The translations under genes and the position numbers were made by a program. DNA of 64,000 nt from Candidatus Pacearchaeota archaeon (GTDB taxonomy: Archaea > Nanobdellota > Nanobdellia > Pacearchaeales > GW2011-AR1): assembly GCA_016866975.1 (NCBI GenBank), contig VGKP01000001.1:1-64000 (forward strand), read 5' to 3'. Below, one piece after another: positions 37,555 to 46,901 of this stretch (position 1 is the stretch's first letter; every line of letters begins with the position of its first letter). Below the pieces are notes generated by a model that saw only the letters and a program-made list of their open reading frames with translations, ran no database searches and had not been told where the DNA came from.

Positions 37555-38358
37555 ATGTTAGAAATGAAAGTTTTAGCAATAGGAGACCCCCACGGAGATT
37601 TAGAAAAGGTGAAGATAATTCCAATTAAAGATGTAGATTTAATTCTTTTAACTGGAGATTTGGGAAGTGCAAATCTCATGCGAAAAATAGCTTTTGAAAA
37701 TGTTGAAAGACAAAAGCGAGGATTAGAAAAAAGAGAATTTTCACCGACACAACGAAAAATGGCATTTATGGAAGCATATAATTCCACAATGAAAGTTATA
37801 AAATATTTAAGAAATTTTGCTCCTGTTTATACTATTTATGGTAATGTTGAAAGTTCTAATTTAGAAACAAGAAAAGAATCTAAAGAGATTGGATTGCTAT
37901 TACCATTCTTAACAGATGATTTAAGAGAGATAGATAATGTAAGAGTAATTAATAACAGACTTGTTAATTTTAACGGGGTTAGAATTGGAGGTTTACAATA
38001 TTTTGTTGATACAAATTGGGTACAAGATTTTAAACCAAAAGATTATAGAAAAAGAATGAAGAAAGCAAAGAGGCAAACAGACAAAGCAAGGGATATATTA
38101 AAGAGATTTGATGAAGTAGATATTTTAGTCCATCATCAGCCCCCTTATAGTTATTTGGATAAAGTTACTTTTTCTGGGGCACCAAAGCATTGGAAAGGAA
38201 AACACGCAGGAAGTAAGTTAATACTCGATTATATACAGAGAAAACAACCAAGATATGCTTTCTGTGGACATATCCATGAAGGAGAAGGAATGAGAAGAAT
38301 TGGAAGAACAGAAGTTTATAATTTAGGTGTTTGTGGATATAAATTTATTACTCTCTAA
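37555..38358 (+). CDS. calcineurin-like metallophosphoesterase
   Basis: GDPHG, TGDLG, YGN, HHQPP and CGHIHE motifs. Confidence 0.9.
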   Translation: MLEMKVLAIGDPHGDLEKVKIIPIKDVDLILLTGDLGSANLMRKIAFENVERQKRGLEKREFSPTQRKMAFMEAYNSTMKVIKYLRNFAPVYTIYGNVESSNLETRKESKEIGLLLPFLTDDLREIDNVRVINNRLVNFNGVRIGGLQYFVDTNWVQDFKPKDYRKRMKKAKRQTDKARDILKRFDEVDILVHHQPPYSYLDKVTFSGAPKHWKGKHAGSKLILDYIQRKQPRYAFCGHIHEGEGMRRIGRTEVYNLGVCGYKFITL

Positions 38359-38720
38359 ATCTCTAAAACTGCATTAATTGAGTAGTGGTCAGAAGCTTTT
38401 TCTGTTAATTTGTTTTTTATCTTCCCTGCTTCCATTATCTTGAAATCATCAGAACAGAAAATATAATCTATTCTAGAGTAATCTGGATTAGAATTATTAA
38501 GAGAAGTATGATAACTATAATCCTATCTTTTATTTTTTATCTTGAATGTATCTGTTAATTTACTTTTTAATAAGACATTTATAGCTTTTCCAGTTAATAT
38601 GTCATTAACAATACTTTTTGCTTTGTGTTTATCTTCTTGTTTTAGACTTAATTCAAATCCCCTGATTAACTTTCTTTTATTATATTTATCTTGTGGAGAA
38701 AAGGGCTTAAAAATCAACAT
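38355..38720 (-). pseudogene. endonuclease/exonuclease/phosphatase (EEP) C-terminal remnant
   Basis: Frame continues past an in-frame TAG (38523-25) into SRIDYIF...ASDHYSINAVLEI*, the EEP signature; N-terminal half missing. Confidence 0.7.
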
Positions 38721-38738
38721 CTTTATAAATATTTTAAT

Positions 38739-38854
38739 GTCGGGAACCGATGAAAACCACACCTTGAAAGGTGTGGTGGTTCCCGAGCATCTCCAAAAAC
38801 GAGCGCCTGCAACAAACCTCGGCTTTTAAGCCGAGGTGGCGCATCGTTTTTGTG
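38739..38854 (+). mobile_element. non-autonomous two-armed palindromic element, copy 1 (divergent)
   Basis: GTC...TTTTTGTG flanked by AT on both sides; same architecture as 39229-39349 with compensatory stem changes. Confidence 0.8.
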
Positions 38855-38964
38855 ATATTTATAGTCGAAGAGGAAACCATAGAAAAACATCTCCAGAGTG
38901 AGAGTTATTAATGATGGTGGTGTGAATTTCCTTAGTTCAAAATAAAAGTCACCGAAAAATAATA

Positions 38965-39585
38965 TTGACGCAGATGAATAAAATTTTACTTAAGGATATA
39001 CTTTTTAATGAATCAAAAGTCAAGAAAATTGCGGATGAGATTCATAATGTATATTCATCATTTAAAAGAGAAGAATTTGTTCACGAAGTATTTACTAAAT
39101 TTCCAGAACTTGAATTAAAAGCTCGTATTTCTTGGATAGCTGTAAGTCTCAAGAAGTATCTGCCAGAAGATTATCCGCGCACTGTTGGCATTCTTATTAA
39201 GTCCCTTCCACAAACTAATAATCCTGATGTCAAGGAACTTGACTAAAACTCCAGCTTAAAAGCTGGAGTTGTTCTTTGAGCATCTCCAAAAACGAGCGCC
39301 TGCATCAAACTGCGGCTTAAAAGCCGCAGTGGCGCATCGTTTTTTTTTGATTTATCTGATGGCGACTTTGGCGATTTCATTTATACCCCATATGCAGAGT
39401 ATGTCGCAAAAAATGGATGTATAGAAGAAAATTTACAACTCTCACTTAATGCGCTACATGAAATAACGCAACGATTCTCTGCTGAAGATGCCATTCGATA
39501 TTTTATCAACGCATTTCCTAAGGAAACACTAAAAGAACTTATGAAATGTTTCAGAAAGGAGATAAAGCTCATATTGGGGCAATGA
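38965..39585 (+). pseudogene. DNA alkylation repair enzyme (AlkC/AlkD-like), interrupted and truncated
   Basis: PELELKARI..LKKYLPEDY, then after the inserted element DFGDFIYTPY...ITQRFSAEDAIRYFINAFP. Removing the element restores NNPD|LSDGDFG in frame. Confidence 0.8.
39229..39349 (+). mobile_element. non-autonomous two-armed palindromic element, copy 2 (inside AlkC/D-like gene)
   Basis: Hairpins CTCCAGCTT-AA-AAGCTGGAG and CTGCGGCTT-AA-AAGCCGCAG; AT on both flanks; near-identical to 46346-46463. Confidence 0.9.
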
Positions 39586-39683
39586 ATGAAATGATGGGAC
39601 TTATGAAGGATGAAAAGGCTATGAAAAAATGGATGGATGAGAAGAAGAAAGAGTTTGATGCACTACCTGATGATAATTCCTAG
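39546..39683 (+). pseudogene. C-terminal remnant of a small DUF1059-like protein
   Basis: Frame MFQKGDKAHIGAMNEMMGLMKDEKAMKKWMDEKKKEFDALPDDNS* starts abruptly inside the AlkC/D remnant; family recalled from memory. Confidence 0.55.
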
Positions 39684-39699
39684 AAGAAGATATAATAAA

Positions 39700-40329
39700 T
39701 CATATTTCTTTGATAAATGATCTAATATCACTTACAAAATCATCTGAGCCAATGACATAGGATTGTTTATTTTTAGGTAAGAATTGCCTGAGGGTAGTTT
39801 TATTAATCCTCCCATAAAGGTAATCAGGATGATTTTCTTTTGTCAATGCAATTATATAATTATTGCCTAAAAAGCTTTTGAGTTCATTTTCAAGAAATAA
39901 GTCATCTCTTCTTGATACTGAATGTAAGAGAGTATTGCCTGTCAGAGAATTATCTCTTTTAAGCTGTCGCAGTATGGCGATGAAAGGGGTTATTGCCTGA
40001 CCTGCAGCAATCATAAGGCCCGGTTTAGTATATCTTATCGAGCCAAATTGGTCTGAAAGTATGAGGGAGTCTCCAGGTTTTAATGAATGTAGTCTAGATG
40101 TGAAATTCCCAGGGCTGTTGTATTTCTTAATATGAAATTCTAAGTAAGAATCATCATTTGTCGATGTGAATGAAAATGGATGAGAGTCTTTTATGTTTTC
40201 AGGAAGAGAGATCATCACTGAATGACCTGGAATGAATTTAAAACCTGGGGGTTTATCCAGCCTGAATCTTTTTACATTATTGGAGACATCGACTATCTCT
40301 TCAATAATCACAATATGCTCTTTTGCCAT
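39700..40329 (-). CDS. FAD/NAD(P)-binding oxidoreductase (ferredoxin/flavodoxin reductase-like)
   Basis: FIPGHSV, HPFSFTS, EFHIKKY and IAAGQAITPF motifs. Confidence 0.88.
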   Translation of the reverse strand: MAKEHIVIIEEIVDVSNNVKRFRLDKPPGFKFIPGHSVMISLPENIKDSHPFSFTSTNDDSYLEFHIKKYNSPGNFTSRLHSLKPGDSLILSDQFGSIRYTKPGLMIAAGQAITPFIAILRQLKRDNSLTGNTLLHSVSRRDDLFLENELKSFLGNNYIIALTKENHPDYLYGRINKTTLRQFLPKNKQSYVIGSDDFVSDIRSFIKEI

Positions 40330-40415
40330 GATGGATAATAATTTGATACTGGTTAAAGATTTTTGGGTTTTCCACCATACAAAAACCTTTTAAATATAAA
40401 TTATTTATATTAATC

Positions 40416-40841
40416 ATGGCATTACCAAGTGTTGCGGTCAATTATGGGGCAGTTCTTGTCTCGGCTGTCGCAAGCATGATTATAGGGGTGATATGGTATT
40501 CCCCTTCAGTTTTTGGAAAAATCTGGATGAGGGGTGCGGGAATTTCTTCACAACAATTATCCAGAGCGAAAAAGAAAGGAATGGGAAAATTGTACTTGAT
40601 TGCCTTTCTAGGTTTAATAGTCATGGCTTGTGTCCTTGCAAGTTTCTTGGCTTTCGTTGCCGCCACAACGGTGTCTGACACCCTAGAGCTGTCATTGTGG
40701 ATATGGGTAGGTTTTGTATTACCACTTCTTCTTGGAAGCACATTATGGAAGGGAGAGTCATGGGGTTCTTATCTTGTGAATGTCGTATATCAGCTTGTCA
40801 TTATTGTAGTCATGTCTTTGATTCTTACTCTCTGGGTCTAA
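40416..40841 (+). CDS. DUF1761-family membrane protein
   Basis: VNYGAVLVSAVASMIIGVIWYSPSVFGKIWM N-terminus with four hydrophobic helices. Confidence 0.8.
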   Translation: MALPSVAVNYGAVLVSAVASMIIGVIWYSPSVFGKIWMRGAGISSQQLSRAKKKGMGKLYLIAFLGLIVMACVLASFLAFVAATTVSDTLELSLWIWVGFVLPLLLGSTLWKGESWGSYLVNVVYQLVIIVVMSLILTLWV

Positions 40842-40842
40842 A

Positions 40843-41151
40843 ATGGTTTCTTTTAACGAGCGTTGTTATGCTTTGCTGAGTAAAGTGCCGAGAGGAAATG
40901 TAGTCACCTATAAGGCTCTTGCAAACGCAATGAGGACAAAAGCATATAGAGCAGTTGGAAATGCAATGAATAAAAATCCGTATGCTCCAAAAGTGCCGTG
41001 CCATCGCGTTGTTGGAAGCTCGGGGGCGTTGGTTGGGTTTGCATCTGGATTGAATAAGAAGAAAAAGATTCTTGAAGATGAAGGCATCAAGATAGATAAT
41101 GGGAAGATAGATCTTGAGAGATATGGATTTGAGTTTAAACAAGCTTTTTAA
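40843..41151 (+). CDS. ogt: methylated-DNA-protein-cysteine methyltransferase (MGMT, C-terminal domain only)
   Basis: VPRGNVVTY, RAVGNAM and VPCHRVV active site. Confidence 0.92.
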   Translation: MVSFNERCYALLSKVPRGNVVTYKALANAMRTKAYRAVGNAMNKNPYAPKVPCHRVVGSSGALVGFASGLNKKKKILEDEGIKIDNGKIDLERYGFEFKQAF

Positions 41152-41173
41152 ATAACTTATTCTTTGATAGAAG

Positions 41174-41905
41174 ATGTACCTATTGGAATTCAATGGGATA
41201 AATAAGAGGTATGGGAATAAAGATGTCCTGACGGCACTTTCTCTAAAAATACGAGAAGGAGAGATATTTGGGCTGATCGGAAAGAGTGGAGAGGGTAAAA
41301 CCACATTGCTTAAGATACTCATTGGGATGGTAAAAGCAGACAAAGGAGAAGTATATTTTGAAGGATCCCTATTACCTGAAGATCCAATGTATCTTAGGAG
41401 AAAAACAGGGTTTTCTACACAGGACAATACATTATTTGAAGAGTTGAATCTCGTAGAGAATAGCATATACTTTGGAAGTCTATACGGCATGAAGAAAAAA
41501 GAAATAGAGGCAAACATGAAAGAGCTTCTTCAATTGGTAGAATTGAAGGGATATGAGAACCTATTGATTAAGCAGATATCCGGGGGCATGAAAAAAAGAG
41601 CTAATTTGTTGGTATCCTTGATACATAAACCAAAACTCTTGGTATTGGATGAGCCTACTGTCGGTCTAGACCCGATTATAAGAAATGGAATATGGGAGTA
41701 TATCCATAAGATAAACCAGGCAGGCACCACTATTCTTGTGACCTCACATATACTTGAAGAGATAGAGAAAAACTGCAGCAGAATAGGTATATTGAACAAG
41801 GGAGATATGATAGCTGTAGGTACCATTGAACAATATAAGGCCAGTTATCCAAAGGCAGCAACTTTGAATGAGATATTTGGAGAGGTGTTAAATAAATCAC
41901 CATGA
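41174..41905 (+). CDS. ABC transporter ATP-binding protein
   Basis: GKSGEGKTT, ISGGMKKR, LDEPTVGLD, TSH. Confidence 0.95.
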   Translation: MYLLEFNGINKRYGNKDVLTALSLKIREGEIFGLIGKSGEGKTTLLKILIGMVKADKGEVYFEGSLLPEDPMYLRRKTGFSTQDNTLFEELNLVENSIYFGSLYGMKKKEIEANMKELLQLVELKGYENLLIKQISGGMKKRANLLVSLIHKPKLLVLDEPTVGLDPIIRNGIWEYIHKINQAGTTILVTSHILEEIEKNCSRIGILNKGDMIAVGTIEQYKASYPKAATLNEIFGEVLNKSP

Positions 41906-43275
41906 TCTGGCCAATATTCAGCAAGAATCTAAAGACTGTATCTAGGAATTGGAACTATTTTCTTGTCTTAGTGATTTTTCCAATATTTCTCATACTTCTC
42001 TCAGGAGCAGTATTAAATTCCGCAAGCACTGATAACATAAAGGTAGGTCTCGTAAATGAAGGAGAGACCGTTTCTCTTGATTTTTCCAGCAAAGTTAAAC
42101 AACTATACTCTCATAGTTCATTAAGCGATTGCATTGCGAAGATGGCTGAAGGAAGCAGGGCGATCTGCATAAGAGTATATACAAAAGATGAAAAGCCACA
42201 GATAGATGCTTATATAGACAATACACAGAAAGTTGTCGAGTCCTATACGAAACAGTTCTTCCTGGAGACTATATTGGAGAGGCAGAATCTAGAAATAGGC
42301 CATTCGGAGAAAATCGAGGACAGACTATCTGTCTTCTCAACTTCTTTTCAAGATGCAAGAAAAGAACTTGATGTCAGCTTCCAAGAACTTGACAGACAAG
42401 AAAAGATATTGACGGCTTATAGTGCCGAAATATTCGGGACAATGGAATCTTTTCCAAGAGATTCTCCTACAAGGAAATTACTTGAAAGAATGCAGTCAAA
42501 TATTAGCAATTCAATACAGTCTGCACAAGAGGGCAAGAGAAAGATTGTTGTACTATTAAGCAAGACTGAACAAGGTAGTAAACAAATATACTCCTTAAAA
42601 GATTCCATAAGAGACAAAAGTGTAATATATCAAATTATGGATGGGATTGAAAACGTCCCAAAAAGTCCAGTAGCAAATACTTTCCCCCTCCTAGTAGCGA
42701 TAATAATAACATTTACTTCACTAATACTCTCAAACCTCTTCATATCGAGGCAAGTCAACCAGTCAAATTATTTCAGGTCGCTTATATCTCCCGTGAAAGG
42801 TTACTCCTTTTTCATCGCAGATTTCCTGATAAACTTATTCTTTGTGTTTATACAGTCACTGTTTATATTCATAGTAGGATTTTATATGTTTAATATACAA
42901 GTCATAAGCATCCTACCCCAATTAGCCTTGGTGATCTTCTTATCATCCTCCATATTTATCTTCTTAGGTATGAGCTTTGGCTATCTCTTCAAATCTGAAA
43001 ACCTTTCAATGCTCGTATCTATATTTGTAGTAATTTTGTTCCAGATATTCTCAGATATCCTTGCACCTCCTGCACTGGTAGGCCCAGCAGTTGGATTCTT
43101 CATGAGCATAAATCCATTCGTTATATTAGAGAATCTCTTAAGAGACCTTATAGTCATTGATAGACCTATGACATTACTGATTCCTTCCTTAAGCAAGTTG
43201 CTGATATTATTTTTATTGTCCATGGGCCTCGCAATTGCTGCTCAGAAGGCTAGGAAGAAAAAAGCTCTAGAGTAA
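41902..43275 (+). CDS. ABC-2 type permease
   Basis: N-terminal TM, coiled extracellular region, six C-terminal TMs; coupled to the ATPase gene. Confidence 0.85.
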   Translation: MIWPIFSKNLKTVSRNWNYFLVLVIFPIFLILLSGAVLNSASTDNIKVGLVNEGETVSLDFSSKVKQLYSHSSLSDCIAKMAEGSRAICIRVYTKDEKPQIDAYIDNTQKVVESYTKQFFLETILERQNLEIGHSEKIEDRLSVFSTSFQDARKELDVSFQELDRQEKILTAYSAEIFGTMESFPRDSPTRKLLERMQSNISNSIQSAQEGKRKIVVLLSKTEQGSKQIYSLKDSIRDKSVIYQIMDGIENVPKSPVANTFPLLVAIIITFTSLILSNLFISRQVNQSNYFRSLISPVKGYSFFIADFLINLFFVFIQSLFIFIVGFYMFNIQVISILPQLALVIFLSSSIFIFLGMSFGYLFKSENLSMLVSIFVVILFQIFSDILAPPALVGPAVGFFMSINPFVILENLLRDLIVIDRPMTLLIPSLSKLLILFLLSMGLAIAAQKARKKKALE

Positions 43276-43334
43276 TAATCCTGAAAAAGGTTATACTAGA
43301 GAACATCAAAGTTTTTATTGTGTAATTATAATTC

Positions 43335-43898
43335 TTGATAATGAGATTGAAAAAAGCAATTGTTGCTATTGGATTGTCTGGGCTACTATTAAATAATGGA
43401 TGTATTGTTTTTAAAAAAATAGACCAAAGTCTAGATACATTTGCTGAAAAACTTGAGAAGAGAAGGGAAAAACACCCTGAAAGCATACTGAATAGACAGG
43501 GCTATATCGTTTATACTGGAGATGCAGATATCCAACCTATTCAGACAACTATTGTAACAAATATTGAGAAAATTGTCAAATTTTCTTATCATGCTCCAGA
43601 GAATGTAAATGTTGAAGACACATATCTTGTCTTATCCAGGGAATTTAAAGATGTTTTAGGAGAACCATTTCATGAAGTGAAGCATAGGATCTATCCAGCA
43701 GGTTTTGATTTAGAGAAAAATACAGAAGGCACTGTGATGTCTTATACTTTCAAAAGCGGAGATATTGAACCGGGGAGATACCTTTATGAATGGATAATGG
43801 TGCTTCCTCAAGATTCAAATTCAGGTTTATTAAAGAGCATTTCTAGAGTCTTTTCATCTAAAAGTAGAATTTTAATGAAGGGATATTATCAGCATTAA
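43335..43898 (+). CDS. hypothetical lipoprotein-like protein
   Basis: Leader KKAIVAIGLSGLLLNNGC ending in a lipobox-like Cys. Confidence 0.6.
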   Translation: MIMRLKKAIVAIGLSGLLLNNGCIVFKKIDQSLDTFAEKLEKRREKHPESILNRQGYIVYTGDADIQPIQTTIVTNIEKIVKFSYHAPENVNVEDTYLVLSREFKDVLGEPFHEVKHRIYPAGFDLEKNTEGTVMSYTFKSGDIEPGRYLYEWIMVLPQDSNSGLLKSISRVFSSKSRILMKGYYQH

Positions 43899-44506
43899 TT
43901 TAGGTTCCGGTCTTCCCATGCCCTAATATAATCCTCGTCAAGATGTACATTGCTTCTATTTGGCTTTTGTGGGATATACTTCCGATAGTAGGCCCCAAAT
44001 AAAAATCCAAAGAATATTCCTCCAAGATGAGCGAGATTTGCCACATTACTTGGGATAAAAAGACCAATCAAGTCCCCTATAATCCATAGAGATCCGGCCA
44101 GAAAAAGAGGCATGGGAAGACCAAATGCAAAAACCATCATGCTCGGCCTTATCATTATCAGCGCACCTATCACTCCAAAAATCGCCCCTGATGCTCCTAA
44201 TGCAGAGTCATAAAATGGCAACGATATAAAATTTGCAGAAATACCTGTCAAAAGAAAGACAGAGACAAACCTTCTTGGCCCTATCCATGCCTCCAACATG
44301 CTCCCAAAAAGAGCAAGGGCAAAAGAATTGTATAATAGATGACTTAATCCTCCATGAAGGAAAATTGCAGTTATAAATCGCCAAGGCTGTACCAATGAAG
44401 ATTTGTTGAGCAATAAAGATTCTGTGAATCCTGGGACAAGTGTTTGCACTATAAACATAACTATGCAAAGAAAAGTTGTCATTATTGCTATTCCTTTGAA
44501 TGCCAT
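43895..44506 (-). CDS. rhomboid intramembrane serine protease
   Basis: PWRFITAIFLH, HLLYN, GASGAIFG and AHLGG motifs. Confidence 0.95.
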   Translation of the reverse strand: MAFKGIAIMTTFLCIVMFIVQTLVPGFTESLLLNKSSLVQPWRFITAIFLHGGLSHLLYNSFALALFGSMLEAWIGPRRFVSVFLLTGISANFISLPFYDSALGASGAIFGVIGALIMIRPSMMVFAFGLPMPLFLAGSLWIIGDLIGLFIPSNVANLAHLGGIFFGFLFGAYYRKYIPQKPNRSNVHLDEDYIRAWEDRNLN

Positions 44507-44597
44507 TAATAAGAGAATTATGTTACCCTTATTAACTCTCCTAAAATCCTATGGGTTAGCGGTAGATTAAAAAACTCTCCTTTTTGTATATCTTTAT

Positions 44598-44669
44598 GGC
44601 GGATGTAGTTTAATGGTAGAACGACGGTCTGTGGCGCCGTAGACGAGGGTTCGATTCCCTCCTTCCGCT
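44598..44669 (+). tRNA. tRNA-His(GTG)
   Basis: Cloverleaf GCGGATG...CTTCCGC, anticodon stem ACGGT/GCCGT with loop CTGTGGC, T arm GAGGG-TTCGATT-CCCTC; genomic G at position -1. Confidence 0.9.
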
Positions 44670-44720
44670 TATAAAAAGGATTTACATAAAGTTTATAATG
44701 TCTTTTAGTTTTTTGAGAAA

Positions 44721-46112
44721 ATGAAAGGTGTTGTTATTAAAAAGAAGGCATATGACAATCATTCTCCTTGGATACACCAGCTTGAGAAAGTAAGGAAGCC
44801 TCGAGATATATTAAAAAAAGACATAAAGACCGATATGGCCATTGTAGGTGCAGGAATAGCAGGCATTTGTACAGCATATTTTATTTTAAGAGACACAAAA
44901 AACAAAGTAGTTGTAGTAGAGGCCAATAAAGTTGCACATGGTGCTACAGGGCATAATGCTGGCCAAATAGTAAGTTATTTTGAGAAGCCATTTTCAAAAA
45001 TAGTGGAAGAATATGGGCTTGAATTGGCAGCAAGAGGGCAAGAAGAGATACTTAGCGGCTGGGAATTGCTTGAGCAAGTATATTCCGAGAGTGAGATTAA
45101 GACTTATTTCTCCCAGTTCATAGGATATGCCGGGTGCTCAACCTTAAAACAGCTCAATTCTCATCTTGAGAACAAGTATCTTAGAAACAAGGCAAATATC
45201 TCAATTGAAAAAGTCTTTGTATCTGAGAAGGCTCCGTTTTTAAAAGAAATACCTAAAAAATATGATGGCCTTTACGAGCTTGTTCCACATAAAAAAGTAC
45301 TTGAAATATTAGAGACCAAAAGCAGTTTATATCATGCTGCATTGGCTTCTAAAAAAGGCTGTCTTAATAGTGCATTGTTTTGTGAGGAGCTTATTAGTTA
45401 TCTTCTTTATAAATATAAAGATAGGATTTCCCTATATGAGTTTACACCTATTGATAAGGTAGAGCTTTATGGTGATCATGTAAAACTTTCTACTAGAAAG
45501 GGTAAAATAATCAATGGAAAGAAAGTTGTGTTATGCACAAATGGATTTCAGAAATTAAAGATAAATAATAAATCTGGAAAGAACATAGATACCAGTTTCC
45601 ATGATTTTATACTGGGAGTTGTTGGATACATGGCTGCATACATAAGCCCTCAGACTGGAACCAAATCAAATGCCATAAGTTACTTCCCTAAAAGTAACAA
45701 TGATGCAAGTGATGCATATTTCTATCTTACTAAAAGAGAGTTCTCTGACAAGATGGAATCTGGCAATCTTATTTCTGTAGGTGGCCCTGAAGTCACACTT
45801 GACAATACTATAGAGTATATAAGAGACAAGCCTTATTTTGAGAAACATGAGAAAAAAATAGACAAGTTTCTCAAAAAGAATTATATCCATGCTCCAAAAA
45901 AGATAAATTACAAATACCACTGGCATGGCCTTATGGGGTACACCAAAAGTGAACTTAGAGCGATAGGTCCTCACCCTTATAACAAAAACCTATTATATAA
46001 TCTTGGATGCAATGGAGTAGGCATCCTGCCTTCGATATATGGGGGATACAAGATAGCACGTTTTATAACTGGGATAAAGATGCCAAAGTCAATATTTGAT
46101 GTTGGAGTATAA
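44721..46112 (+). CDS. FAD-dependent oxidoreductase (DAO/PuuB-like)
   Basis: IVGAGIAG, HGATGHNAG, VVLCTNG and GCNGVG motifs. Confidence 0.88.
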   Translation: MKGVVIKKKAYDNHSPWIHQLEKVRKPRDILKKDIKTDMAIVGAGIAGICTAYFILRDTKNKVVVVEANKVAHGATGHNAGQIVSYFEKPFSKIVEEYGLELAARGQEEILSGWELLEQVYSESEIKTYFSQFIGYAGCSTLKQLNSHLENKYLRNKANISIEKVFVSEKAPFLKEIPKKYDGLYELVPHKKVLEILETKSSLYHAALASKKGCLNSALFCEELISYLLYKYKDRISLYEFTPIDKVELYGDHVKLSTRKGKIINGKKVVLCTNGFQKLKINNKSGKNIDTSFHDFILGVVGYMAAYISPQTGTKSNAISYFPKSNNDASDAYFYLTKREFSDKMESGNLISVGGPEVTLDNTIEYIRDKPYFEKHEKKIDKFLKKNYIHAPKKINYKYHWHGLMGYTKSELRAIGPHPYNKNLLYNLGCNGVGILPSIYGGYKIARFITGIKMPKSIFDVGV

Positions 46113-46580
46113 TCAACTCTTATCATCTACTTGGTAGTTTTGACCATCACTATCTAGAATTTCTTCAGGTGGAGAATGGCTTGGAGGTTCGGGATGCATA
46201 TATGGTTCGCAGATTGTCCAGGCAGCACTCATATCTTCTCTGGCTTGATAGAGGGCGGCTGCGCATTTCTCGAGTTGTCCTGCGAGCTGTGGTCTTCCTC
46301 TTTTTTTGTCTGCCGTGGCTTGCCGTTGGATGTCTTCTGCGAGATCAAAAAAACGATGCGCCACTGCGGCTTTTAAGCCGCAGTTTGATGCAGGCGCTCG
46401 TTTTTTGGATGCTCAAGGAACAACTCCAGCTTTTAAGCTGGAGTTTTAGTCAAGTTCCTTGACATAATAAATAACTTTTTCAGTTTGATCATAACGCATA
46501 TTACCAATGGCTTGCGCTAATTCTTGAAGAGTACCAGAATAACCTTGTACATGATCGGGATGTTTGTTGCAGTTGTCCAT
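46113..46580 (-). pseudogene. hypothetical protein (115 aa when restored) interrupted by palindromic element copy 3
   Basis: MDNCNKHPDHVQGYSGTLQELAQAIGNMRYDQTEKVIYY | LAEDIQRQATADKKRGRPQLA...WTICEPYM joins in frame once the 120-bp insertion is removed. Confidence 0.8.
46346..46463 (-). mobile_element. non-autonomous two-armed palindromic element, copy 3
   Basis: Reverse complement nearly identical to 39229-39349; AT on both flanks. Confidence 0.9.
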
Positions 46581-46658
46581 TTTATTCTAAGTCTGATTTG
46601 CTCTTTTTGTGGGCATCCTCGCTTACGCTGCGGTGCTCTTCACTACGGGCAAACAGAC

Positions 46659-46795
46659 TGGCCTCGAGGGGATTTGAACCCCCGACACCTGGATTTCCTC
46701 CTAAGAGAAACAATGTTCCCTTATGGGTAAACTCTCCTTTCAGAGAGTTTCTTAGGTAAAAGTCCAGTACTCTAACCGGGCTGAGCTACGAGGCC
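46659..46795 (-). tRNA. tRNA-Lys(TTT) with 62-nt BHB intron at 37/38 (intron 46695-46756)
   Basis: GGCCTCG/CGAGGCC acceptor stem, CTGGA/TCCAG anticodon stem, anticodon TTT; BHB with CTTT/GAGG helix, 3-nt bulges and CTAAGA/TCTTAG intron stem. Confidence 0.92.
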
Positions 46796-46901
46796 TTATA
46801 AAAAGAAGTAGAGGGGCGTTTTTAAATCTTTATTTTGAATCAATGAGAAAGCGTCTTTGCAGAACTTTTAGAAATGCGTGCTTTTTTAAATCTAATAAAT
46901 T

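Noticed and set aside
38739-39349. CRISPR array (two similar palindromic repeats close together)
   Set aside because: Units are ~120 bp, dispersed, in both orientations, with no regular spacers and no cas genes
39229-39349. Spliced mRNA (BHB) intron, since inserts are multiples of 3
   Set aside because: No bulge-helix-bulge can be drawn across the exon junctions, and the host AlkC/D-like gene has decayed further downstream, consistent with real inactivation
46113-46364. Track ORF starting MAHRFFD
   Set aside because: Its start lies inside the inserted element. The real gene starts at 46580 and is interrupted.
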